A stretch of DNA of 64,000 nt. Origin: Octopus vulgaris. Taxonomy: Eukaryota. The position numbers and the translations under genes were made by a program. Positions 52,491 through 64,000 of the stretch are shown piece after piece. The stretch lies in the NCBI GenBank assembly GCA_951406725.2, contig OX597819.1, positions 59,334,001-59,398,000 on the forward strand, given 5' to 3'. The notes beneath the pieces were generated by a model. It saw only the letters and a program-made list of their open reading frames with translations, was not told the DNA's origin and ran no database searches. The number at the start of each line of letters is the position of its first letter. Position 1 is the stretch's first letter.

Positions 52491-52810
52491 TACAAAAAAA
52501 GGGACAACAAAACATCCAGACAGACAATACAAAGAAAACAAGAACGGGTCATTCGGAGTTTTCTATTCTCAGTTGAGTTCCAGATTATCTTTGCAATTTC
52601 GGCTGGTTATACTTGTGATTGCTCCAATCTGGCCAGCCCCAAGGAAAAACTAACCTAAGAGCATTAGATTGCTTGGAAGAAAGCAGTGAATGTATACAAA
52701 AACAAGGACAGAAAAAACAGAGAAATGGTACAAAATACAAATAACAAGACATTAACAATGGGTGTCTTTCAACTAAGGACGAATTAAATTGAGCTGGCAT
52801 GTGTGGAAGT
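52490..52810 (-). mobile_element. P2-family repeat
   Basis: Reverse complement aligns to 14345-14667. Confidence 0.85.
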
Positions 52811-53083
52811 ATATATATATAAAAGTTCAAATATAGGTTGCAAACTTCATCAAGGGATAATAAAATCCAATGAATATACTGGTTTATTACCTATTACAAT
52901 TAATATTCAACAGCAAGGTAACTGGATAAACCGGGGTTTATAAAGAAAAAAAGAAAATAGAGAGATAATGAAGTTAATAATTATTTATTAATTATTATTA
53001 ATTATTAGAGATGATGTCCATTTTTATAATTAATAAATAATTATTAAATTAATTATCTCTCTATTTTCTTTTTTCCTTACACG

Positions 53084-53126
<43 letters not shown>

Positions 53127-53541
53127 ACATATAGATATATATCATCCTCATCATCATTTAGCATCCATTTTCCATGCTGGCACGGGTTAGAGGGTTTGAC
53201 TGGAACTGGTAAGCTAGAGAGCTGTACCAGGTTCCAGTCTTATTTGGTTTGGTTTCTATGACTAGATGTCCTTCTTAATGCCAACCACTCCAAGAATGTA
53301 ATGGGTGCCTTTTATGTGTCACGAGTACGAGTGCTTTTTACAGGTCTCCACCAATGCAGTGTTGAGCACTCATTCAATATTCACACACACACACACACAC
53401 GGAGTTGTGAGTTCCTGCCTGCTATTATATTAAAGCCTTTGAAAAAAAGATAAACTCAGAGTACAGAGAACCAGAATGAATACTACAAGGTATTCTACTC
53501 AATTTTCTAATAACTGCTAACTAACTACATATGTGTGTGTG

Positions 53542-53578
<37 letters not shown>

Positions 53579-53590
53579 AAAGCAAAATCA

Positions 53591-53634
<44 letters not shown>

Positions 53635-54376
53635 ATGCAAGAGACTTCTAGATAGTCTTTCTGTCTACCAAATTCTACTCACAAAACATTGGTCACTCTA
53701 GGTCATGTATAGTTGGACTGAACCCAGAACCCTGTAGTTACAAACTAAAGTTGTTAACGACACATCTTTTCCTTTAACATATATATATCTTCTACCTTTT
53801 CAGTCATCAGACTGCAGCTATGCTGGGGCACCACCTTGATATGTATATATATATATATATACACAAATATGATCATCATCTAACGTCCACTTTTTGATGC
53901 TTGGATGGGTTGGATGGAATGTGCTAAGGCAGTTTTTCTACATCTTCACCTATTTTCAAGTGATGTATTATCTCTGTTTCACACACATATATGTGTGTAA
54001 TGGAATGCATGGATGGTTCTTTTTTTGTTATTGAGGCACAGTTATAATTTTGAAGGACTAAATGGTAGCATAGTTGCTTCCCTTTTTTGTTTATCTAAGT
54101 GCTAGTTGTTGCTTGTGATTATGTATGTGTATAAGTGTATGTATATACATATAACTATGTGTGTATGTGCGATTGATCTGTAGATGCGTGTGTGAATATT
54201 GGCGTTCCCTGACTAACCAACCGTATAATTTTCTTTTGTGATTTAAATTTCAAACCAATAGCCAATCGAATTAATCTAAATTTTCTTTACCTAGTGGTCA
54301 GCATTTCTTAACTCATAGTTATTTCGATCTTGAAAGGATGGACTTGGTGCTAACTTAACTGTATCTATTTTTATTA

Positions 54377-54428
<52 letters not shown>

Positions 54429-54770
54429 ATTAATAGTAATTTTTATTAACTTTTATAGCTTTAGAATTTTATGAACTGTACCATGGTTTTAATTATTATT
54501 TTTCATCTCCGTATGTGTTAGCTTTTTTTTTATAAAAAAAACTATTAGCCAAATATGTATAATATCGGTACTTATTAATATTAATATATACACTGTTATA
54601 TATTTTGTTTTATTTTGTTCTGTTTACCTTCCTTTTTTGTACAAATGTGTATTATATTATATAAGTGTAGCATTATGATGTATAAGTTTTTATATTTTAC
54701 ATTTTTATATTTTTATATTTATATGTATATGATTATATAATATTTTTCACTATTATAACAAATTTAATTT

Positions 54771-54888
54771 AATTCTCTGAAGAGGCCGTGGGGCATCCTT
54801 GTTAATGCCTCATTTATACCTGCCTTTATGGCTTATAGGTTAAATGAGGTATGACTGCCCTCACTGCCGAAACAGCTGTCAGTTTTGA
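54771..54888 (+). ncRNA. Type-I HHR with 85-nt structured stem II
   Basis: CTGAAGA-GGC c GTG GGGCA..TGCCTCATTTA..TAAATGAGGTA..TGCCC t CAC t GCC-GAAA-CAGCTG-TC; stem I weak in this copy. Confidence 0.8.
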
Positions 54889-55079
54889 TTTATTTGCATA
54901 TTATATTTGAAATTTTTTACTTATATCTCTTTATCTTTTTACTATTACTGTATATCTCATTTCATTTTATATATTGCCTTTACTCATATGTAATGGTGTA
55001 TTAAAGTATGGATTGAGTATCATCGGATAGTTGATGTTTTACTGATTTAAGTATGTTTCTCCATTCTCTAATTTTGTAG

Positions 55080-55157
<78 letters not shown>

Positions 55158-55478
55158 TCATCATCGTTTAACGTCCGTTCTCCATGCTAGCATGGGTTGG
55201 ACGGTTCGACCGGGGATCTGGGAAGCCAGAAGACTGCACCAGGCTCCGGTCTTATCTGGCAATGTTTCTACAGCTGGATGCCCTTCCTAACGCCAACCAC
55301 TCCGTGAGTGTAGTGGGTGCTTTTTACGTGCCACCTGCACTGTTGCCAGGCGAGGCTGGCATTGGCCACGGTTGGATTGGTGCATTTTATGTGCCACTTG
55401 CATGGAAGCCAGTCGAGGCGGCACTGGCTTCAGCCACGATTCGGATGGTGCTTTTAACGTGCCACCGACACGGAAGCC

Positions 55479-55509
<31 letters not shown>

Positions 55510-56986
55510 CATACATACACACACACATAAATGTTTGTTGTGTTTATGTGTGTGCAAGGATGTGTATGGTCTTGTACTGAAATTGTTCATAATTTCATAA
55601 TTACATGTATTTTTATGGATTTCTCTATGTCCAGCTGTCATTCTAATACTACCCTATATACACCTACTATTCCCACACATGCCTTTCCACCCACACGGAT
55701 GTACACACATCCAAATCGAGTGTGTTGAGTGGGTAATGGCAATGTATATACATACACATGCATACATACATGCATACCACACACACACAAGCACACGTAT
55801 ATATATGTATGTGCATATGTAATTAAAACATGACTATGCAGCCGCCTTCTATGTTCATAGGAACCATGTATTTTCCAAGATATTTAAATAATAATCATTG
55901 TCATTGACATTTTTGAATACCCACAGCCTTATAATCTGAATATGAGAAAATTGGGGATAATGTTCAGACTTAATGAGATAAGTATGAGCTGGTCTCTAAC
56001 AAAAGGTATTAGATGCAGTGAACATAACAAACCAGTCTTGCACCAGGCAGCAAAGCTGATTGTGAGTCTTAAAAATAGTGCAATGGGAAAATAATGAAGA
56101 AAACTCATTTTCCACCAATGCTAACAACTGGAGTAGCCATTGTACTAGTTGAGAAAATGAAAGGAAATCAGTGCATCTATTTCTTTAACTTCAAAATTGT
56201 ATGTTTCTAGAATAACCAATACTGAAAAATTATTCTCTCGTATTTAATACAATTTTTTTTCTATAAATTGGAGGCTGTGTTTGAGCAAAAGAATATCTTT
56301 ATGGATACATAATACCTTTTACTTGTTGTAGTCATTGGACTGTAGCCATGTTGGGCACTGCCTTGAAGGGTTTTAGTTGAAAAAGAAACTGACCCCAGGA
56401 CTCAGGATTTTTTCGTTTTTTTTTTTTTTTTAATATCAAGTACTTATTTTATTGGTCTTTTCTGCCAAACCATTAAGTCATACAGATGTAAACAAGCCAA
56501 CATTGGCTGTCAAACAGTGATGGGGTGTGATGAATACAAACAGAAACATATATCTCTTATGATATACCCATCATACATAAATATCTTTTAACTTTTACTT
56601 ATTTCAATCATGAGATTGTGGCCATGCTGGGGCACCACCATTGAAGAATTTTAGTTGAACGATTCTACCACAGTACTTATGTTTTTTTAAAGCATGGTAC
56701 TTATTCTACCAGTTTCTTTTGCTGAATCACTAAGTTACAGGAATGTAAATACACCAACACTGGTCGTCAAGCAATAGTGGGAGACAAACACATGCACATT
56801 ATATATATATATATATATATATACAACAGGATTCTTTCAGTTTCTACCTACCAAATCCACTTGTGAGGCTTTGGTTGAACTGAGGTTTTAGCAGAAGACA
56901 TTTTCCCAAAGTGTTGTGAAGTGAGACTGTACCAGAAATCACATGGTTGCTAATTGAGCTTTATAATCACACACCCATATTTATGC

Positions 56987-57019
<33 letters not shown>

Positions 57020-57404
57020 TTGTTTTAATCAATGTCAGTAAACTAGATTTTTCAGTTTAATATGAAGGTAACAAACTTAGGTCAGGTGAACACTTTTGTT
57101 ATTATATTTCTGTTGAAATATGTAACTTTGTTTCACATAATTCTGAAATTAATGAATAATTTAGTAAAACCACTAGTGTTTTGAGCATGAATTGACACAC
57201 AATTTTAATGGAAGGTTTTAACTTAGATCACTTTAACAGGAAGTTTAACAAGGGATGGTTTTAGCCAGGATGATATCAAAAAGGCTAAACTATATTTGAT
57301 TTTATGTGATACTAAGCTGAATAAGAGTCAATAACTTTGGTTTGTCAAAAGTTGGAGGACAGATTCTTCATTTTGTTCCTGAAGCCATGAACAAATCTTT
57401 ATGA

Positions 57405-58260
57405 AGATGGACTGTAAAGTTCACAGGCTCACAATGAAGGAGTGATGTTAGAGCTGTGAAATCTTGCATGAATCAATTTCAGTATTTCTTATTACCACTG
57501 CCTTAGCAAAGGCAGAGGTATTGTTTACAGTTGTGTTTGTTTGTTTGTTTGTCCGTGGGCAAGATATCTCAAGAACTGCAGGATGAATTCAGATGAAACT
57601 TTCAGGGATGTCTGGCCTCATGACTGGCATGAACTGATTAGATTATGGGACTGATCCTGTACTGGACAAGGATTCTGGATTATTTTTCCTGTATTTTTAC
57701 TTAATCATTGAGAGTGGTTGGGTTCATTTTTAATATTTTCATTTGCGAGAGCAGTCGAGTTTATTTCAGATATTCTCATTTTAAAAATCATCTCTGGCTA
57801 ATCGTTGAGAGGATGTTGGTGTTGCCTTGGTGGAGGTTTGTTCTCTTTGAGTGCTCTTGTTAATAACTGCATTGTTTCTTTCCCGGTAAACTGACATTTT
57901 TCTGTTCAAAGAAGCCTTCAGATGTAACTAGTAGTGACTTCTCTTGAAAGTGGACAAGATTTGGCATTGTGGTGGTATAAGTACCTGCACAAAAAGGCTT
58001 TAGCCCCAAAGGCTATTCATGCGAAGATGGTTGCTACATTAAGGGATTATACTCCAGCTTTATCAATAGTGCAAAGGTGGACAGCTGAATTTAGGATGGG
58101 GAAGGAGAGTCTTGAAGATGACTGAAGATCTGAACATCCTCCAACTGCCACCACCAAGGAAAACATTGATCGTATTCACTACATGCTAATGGATGACAGG
58201 GGATTGACTATAAATCAAATAGTCAATGCTATTAGCATATCCTGTGAGAGATTTGAGAAT
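57405..58260 (+). pseudogene. Mariner 5' end and transposase N-terminal HTH fragment
   Basis: IHAKMVATLRDYTPALSIVQRWTAEFRMGKESLEDD*RSEHPPTATTKENIDRIHYMLMDDRGLTINQIVNAISIS. Confidence 0.85.
57489..57861 (+). mobile_element. Non-autonomous Helentron (HINE/DINE-like) nested in the mariner
   Basis: 5' TTATTACCACTGCC..GGCAGAGGTA hairpin, (GTTT)n, 3' sub-TIR GGTGGAGGT and short terminal hairpin. Confidence 0.65.
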
Positions 58261-59020
58261 CCTACATCCAAATTCTAATTTTTTCAATTAAGATTTCTCA
58301 ATACCAGTGAAACAATGTTGACCACCATCATTATTGCTGGCGTTTTAACTTCCAATTTTCCATGCTTGTATGATTCAGACAGAATTTGTTGGGGCAAATT
58401 TTCTATGATCAGATACCTTTCTTATCACCAACTCTCATTTCTTTCAAAGCAAGATAATATTTTCCCATGGCTAGACATGTTTTTCAAAAAGTTTGGAAAC
58501 AAACATCACTGCTTGAATGATGAAGACACTCATTTACAACTATCCTGTGCTGTCAAGACAAGGAAACAGACATACACACACATGTACAAATACACACATA
58601 TATATGATGGATGTTTTTCTTCCAAATCAACTCCCTTTAGCCAAACTGAAACTATACAAGGAGGTGTGCTGAAAAGTTCCTGGTTTTGGGTAAAAGAAAA
58701 TACAGGAGGATCAGTTAATTATGATTTTATTCAACATATTCCCTTCTCAGACTCACACACTTATTGCAGTGGTCCTTAAGTTTTTCTAAGCCCTGTAAAA
58801 GAACTTGGAATATTGGGCCTCTAATGAGGCCTTTCGCAGTACCCTTAAAGCCAGGAACTTTCCGGCACCCCCTCATAGAAGGTGCTGTGCAGTGTGACTG
58901 AACCCCAAACTATATCATTGGGAAGCAAACTTCTCAACCACACTGCTATTCCTGCACCAGTGTTGACAAATCTCAAATTCAAAGCAATCAGTTTCGTTTA
59001 TGGACAAAACTTATAACATT

Positions 59021-59416
59021 CTTTTATTCTTTCTTCTTTTATTTGTTTCAGTCATTTGGCTGTGGCCATACTGGAGCACCACCTTTAGTCAAGCAAACTG
59101 GTCCCAGGACTTATTCTTTGTAAGCCTAGTACTTATTCTATTGGCCTCTTTTGCTGAACTACTAAGTTACAGGGACGTGTAAACACACCAGTATCGGTTG
59201 TCATGCAATGGTGCGGTTACAAACAGACACACAAACACACACATATATATATATATATATATGACAGGCTTCTTTCAGTTTCTGTCTACCAAATAGCTTT
59301 GGTCAGCCCAAGGCTATAGTAGAAGACACTTGCCCAAGGTGCCATGCAGTGAGACTGAACCCAGAACCATGTGGTTGGTAAGCAAGCTACTTACCACACA
59401 GCCACTCCTGTGCCTG
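59021..59416 (-). mobile_element. SINE S1
   Basis: Reverse complement of 8217-8665; other minus copies at 48715-49035 and 56590-56990. Confidence 0.88.
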
Positions 59417-61198
59417 TGCATGAACAAGATTTAAGTATTTATATAGATAATTATTTTTTAATACAGAAAGACACAAAATCCATGAAGCCTCAACAATTAC
59501 TGTTTCAACATATTTTGATATATATACCTGAAATAACAGGAAATTGTACATAGAGGTTATTTCATTGATTATGTTTTTGTTTTTCATGCAACTGATTTTG
59601 TTTGTCTTTTAAATGTATCAACTGCTAATTCTAAAAAAAAAAAAGTTGGTTATCTTTCACATTATGATCAAAAAGGGAAGATGGCAACAAACAATACAGC
59701 AATCTCTTCAAACCTTTTTACCATTCAGTGGTAGACTGCAAACCGCACTTTGTGGCACTTAATGATGCAGTCACACACACACACAAATTACTACAAAGGG
59801 AGCAGAGTGAAAGACAAATATGTACACACCACATGCGGGGCATCAGATGCTCTGTTTCCAACTTATCTATAAGAACTTTACTGATGAAGAAGCCATGAAA
59901 GCATTAATTGTACATTATTATTATCCTATCTTACTTGGAAACAGGTGACGGTTGGTGACAGGAAAGGCATCCAGCTGTAGAAAATCTGCCTCAACAAATT
60001 CCATCTGACCCATGCAAACATGGAAAAGTGAATGATGATGATAACAATTATTATCATTATTACATAAGGTAGTGAACTGGCAAAATAGTTAACACACCAA
60101 GCAAAATGCATATCAGATGTTGAGAGTTCAAATTCCAACAAAGTCGACCTTGCCTGCCATCTCTTTTATAGTCAATGAAATAAGTACCAATTTCTGGCTT
60201 TGTGCCAAAATTTGAAATCATTATTATTATCATTATAGGTGGTGCGCTGGCAGAATCATTACCATGCTGGGCAAAATGCCTGGCGGCATTTCATCTGTCT
60301 TTATGTTCAGAGTTCAAATTCCGCCAAGCTCGACAGGGCCTTTCATCCTTTCGGGGTCGATAAAATGAGTATCAGCCAAGCACTAGGGTCGATGTAATTG
60401 ACTACCCCCTCCCCCAAAATTTAAGGCCTTGTGCCAATAGTAGAAAGGATTATTATTCTACATATTAAGTATTCTTGCTTTTATATTTCAGCAATAAATT
60501 GTTTGGTCATTAATTTTCATTACATAATAATTTATCTTCCATGAATATTCACTCAGACTTTTCATAGCAAATCCTTCCAGCTGAATCATTATATAAATAA
60601 ATCAGGAAATATTTGTTTTCATTTCAGACATTTAATACCAATTGCCTTTCACTTTCACTTTGTGATCATCGACCCAAAGATTACCAAAAACTTCTTTATA
60701 TTATAAAGATTATATTTTATAACATTCTCTAATGTTTTAATAGTCCTATCCAAATTTTATCCACAAGCAAGCAAGATTATTTGCCAACTGGATACAACAC
60801 CCTCCATTCCCACCACCAAAAAGTAATTCTAAATGTTTTGCAACTTCTAACCATTGACTGATATTTTGATAACATTTCCCCAAATCTAATCTGAGTGTTC
60901 CATACCAAGAAATGTACATTGCGTACAATAATTTGATACAGAAAAATAAAAGTGCAAAACAACCAGACAAATAATTGTAACTGCAAACAGATATAAAATA
61001 ATACTTATCACACACACACACACACACATGTGACTGTGCGGTAAGAAGCTTGCTTCTTAACCACATGGTTCTGGGTTCAGTCCCACTGCATGGCACCTTG
61101 GGCAAGTGTCTTCTACTATAGCCTCAGGCCAACCAAAGCCTTGTGAGTGGATTTGGTACACGGAAACTGAGAGAAGCACATCGTGTGTATATATATAC

Positions 61199-61232
<34 letters not shown>

Positions 61233-61327
61233 AAATGGATATAATAACAATGAGAAACTCATGGTTTTCGCTGGTATGTCTTTAATTAAAATAGATAACA
61301 AAGAAGGAAGAAGCAGAGATGAGGGTA

Positions 61328-61378
61328 GCATTTACGATCATTTCAATTTACTGGTTTAAGTAAATCTCTTCAGAATGC
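61328..61378 (-). ncRNA. Type-I HHR, best-preserved canonical copy
   Basis: GCATT-CTGAAGA-GATTTAC ttaaacca GTAAATT-GAAA-TGATCG-TA-AATGC. Confidence 0.85.
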
Positions 61379-61513
61379 AAATATAGATAGATGCATCGGT
61401 TAGGATGCGAAAATAATTGATACATACGAGATGGTAATGTAAACAAAGTGGTAATTCTTACATTAAAGTTTTGTTCTTGCGCTGGTGAATTCGCTGGGTA
61501 GAGGTTTGTTTGT

Positions 61514-61565
<52 letters not shown>

Positions 61566-62226
61566 TGTGTGTGTCTGTATTTGTTCCCCCCGCCATCGTT
61601 TGACAACCGATGTTGGTGTGTTTACGTCCCTGTAACTTAATAGTTCAGCAAAAAAGACCGATAAAATAATAAGTACTAGGCTTACAAAGAATAAGTCCTG
61701 GGGTCGATTTCTTCGAATGAAACCCTTTATGGTGGTGCTCCAGCATGGCTACAGTCAAATGACTGAAACAAGTAAAAGAATAAAGATGTTGTAAGCACAG
61801 GCACAATAGTGTGGTAAGAAACCACATGGTTTCAGTCTCATTGTGTGGCACTCAAAGCAAGTGTTTTCTAATACAGTCCTTGACTATAGCAGTGGATTTG
61901 GTAGATGGAAACTGAAAGAAGCCTGTCGTGTGTGTGTGTGCCTGAGCATGTATTTGTGTTTCCTTGTCTTGACATCATGTGATTGTTGTAAATGAATGTC
62001 ATTCATTTCCAATATTCTGTGAAAACATCTTTGGTCAAGGAGAAATTTTTCTTCGCTTGGAAAGAGGTGAGGGCTGCCAACAGGAAGAGCCACTGGCCAT
62101 AGAAAATCTGCTTCATTAAACTCTAACTGACTGATACAAACATGGAAAAAGTTGGCATGAAAACAATGATGATGATGATCATCATCATCATGAAATATAC
62201 ACATATAGTTTCAGTTCAGTATTATA

Positions 62227-62560
62227 TCTCTTATTATAAAAGGCAGATTTTATCTGCCTCCCTTTGGGAGTTATACAAATCTACAATATAGGATTTCTTC
62301 AATTACAATTTACCTTGCATTTTTGAGAGTACAATGCATCGCGTCATGCCAGGTCCAGTTTTTAAAATTTAAACTCCAGTTAAGCAAAATTTACAGAAAA
62401 CTCACATTCTGGTGTGTGTGTCAAATGCTTTTCTTTCACAGTGGGCAACGAATAAAATGAAAGTAATTGACTTACTGTAGTGAGTGATTCTTTCACTCTG
62501 CCTCCCACTTCCTCTTTCCACACAGACACGCAAATATATAAATAAAATTGTAAGCTAACG
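62227..62560 (+). mobile_element. Possible Helitron 5' fragment
   Basis: A|TCTCTTATTATAAAA start followed by the GGCAGAT tt ATCTGCC-type hairpin. Confidence 0.4.
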
Positions 62561-62708
62561 TGCGTGTGTGTGAGTGGGTGTGTGTGGGTGAGCGCGTGTG
62601 TGTGTGTGTGTGAGGGTGCGTGTGTGTGTGTGTGTGTGCGTGTGCGTGAGTGTGTGACAGGAAAGTTTTTTTACGACGAATATAACACCTATATCCAAGT
62701 AGCAGAAA

Positions 62709-63081
62709 GATAAGACAGTAAGGTGTGATTTGAGGGAGATTTGGCTGCTATTTCTACCATGTCTAGCTGCCATGTAGGGGTCTCCCTCATAGGCTCATAC
62801 ATACATATATACATAGATAAGACAGTAAGGTGTGATTTGGGGGAAATTTGGCTGCTATTTCTACCAGGTCTAGCTGCCATGTAGGGGTCTCCCTCATAGG
62901 CTCATACATACATATATACATAGATAAGACAGTAAGGTGTGATTTGGGGAAAATTTGGCTGCTATTTCTACCAGGTCTAGCTACCATGTAGAGGTCCCCC
63001 TCATTGGCTCATATATATATACATACATAAGACAGTAAGGTGTGATTTGAGGGAGATTTGGCTGCTGTTTCTACCAGGTCT
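62709..63081. repeat. 107-bp minisatellite, ~3.5 units
   Basis: GATAAGACAGTAAGGTGTGATTTG.. at 62709, 62816, 62923 and ~63026. Confidence 0.95.
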
Positions 63082-63446
63082 GTTAGGCCTTCTCATGTAA
63101 ACTCAAGCTTTCTCATGCCTTCAACATATGACCAAAGCAGAGAATGTATTCTTTTATTCTTCTGCTTTTTCCAGCCATTGGTCTGTGGCCATGCTGGGGC
63201 AATGCCTTGAAGAATTGTAGTTTAATGAATCAACTCCAGTTTTATTTTTGTAAGCATTGTACTTATTCTATCTGTTTCCTTTGTCAAACCACTAGGTGAC
63301 AGGGATGTAAACAAACCAACATTCGTTGTCAAGCAGTGGTGGAGGACAATCACAAGCACAGACACGCACACACACACACATACATGCATACACATATACA
63401 CACATACATACATACATACATATATATATATGTGTGTATATATATA

Positions 63447-63705
63447 TTGCAGCGTGGAAGGTGTTTGTAAGCCATTTAAGAAACACACAAAAACCGTTAC
63501 ATTCACTTCAACATTTAAATTTAATTTGCCAAAATATTTTCGTCGCTTTCAGACCGCGACCTGTTCACTGACAAAAATATCGTGCTAACAGGTCGCGGTC
63601 TCAAAGCGACGAAAATATTTTCACAAATTAAATTTAAATGTTGAAGTGAATCTAACGGTTTTTGTGTGTTTCTTAAATGGCTTATAAACACCTTCAACGC
63701 TGCAA
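63447..63705. mobile_element. Fold-back element with ~119-bp arms
   Basis: 63447-63565 is the near-perfect reverse complement of 63587-63705; flanked by (TA)n. Confidence 0.92.
63525..63575 (-). ncRNA. Minimal HHR, G3:C8 core variant
   Basis: TTTGTCA-GTGAACA-G-GTCGC ggtctgaaa GCGAC-GAAA-ATAT-TT-TGGCAAA. Confidence 0.72.
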
Positions 63706-63869
63706 CTGTTTTCGTTCCAGCACACGATCTCAGATCAAGTCACTTGCTATGCAAGTACATCTCTGTAACTATATATATATTTATATATATATATATATAT
63801 GTATATTGGTAAAAACAGTAAGATAACAAAAGAAAGAAAGAGACCTCAATATTATGTAAATAGAGGAAA

Positions 63870-64000
63870 TCTTTATATATAAAAGTGAGGTTGTGTGTCT
63901 GTCTCCTACGATTTAGATTCCTAACTACTCCCACATTTTGCGGTGCAGTTTAACCAAAACCGGGTATCTTATAGTCGTGATTCATATCGAGACCATCTGG
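63870..64000 (+). mobile_element. Possible Helitron 5' end, runs off the window
   Basis: A|TCTTTATATATAAAA start then TGTGTCTGTCT; inserted into a repeat shared with 49505-49575. Confidence 0.45.

Noticed and set aside
59878-59910. CTGATGA..GAAA word pair
   Set aside because: No stem II between the words; chance match
62709-63081. Regularly spaced repeats as a possible CRISPR array
   Set aside because: No unique spacers, whole units repeat, and the context is eukaryotic

Overview
AT-rich, microsatellite-dense, non-coding metazoan DNA. The SINE/LINE families point to an octopus (inference). I found no confident host gene, and almost all listed ORFs are repeat or microsatellite artefacts. The window is a mosaic of tRNA-derived SINEs, RTE 3' ends with (GAT)n tails, dead CR1, CRE-like (RLE) and Penelope (RT + GIY-YIG) retroelements, hAT/mariner/piggyBac MITEs and Helitron/Helentron pieces. 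The main hidden signal is about 11 minimal type-I hammerhead ribozyme (HHR) motifs from roughly 10 unrelated, mostly Penelope-like element ends. They include compensatory core variants (C3:G8, U3:A8, G3:C8), an A6U variant, giant stem II insertions, and one copy driven by a tRNA-like Pol III head. One retro-copy carries a strand-specific A-to-G cluster that looks like fossilised ADAR hyper-editing. All folds and alignments were done by eye, and repeat boundaries are approximate.
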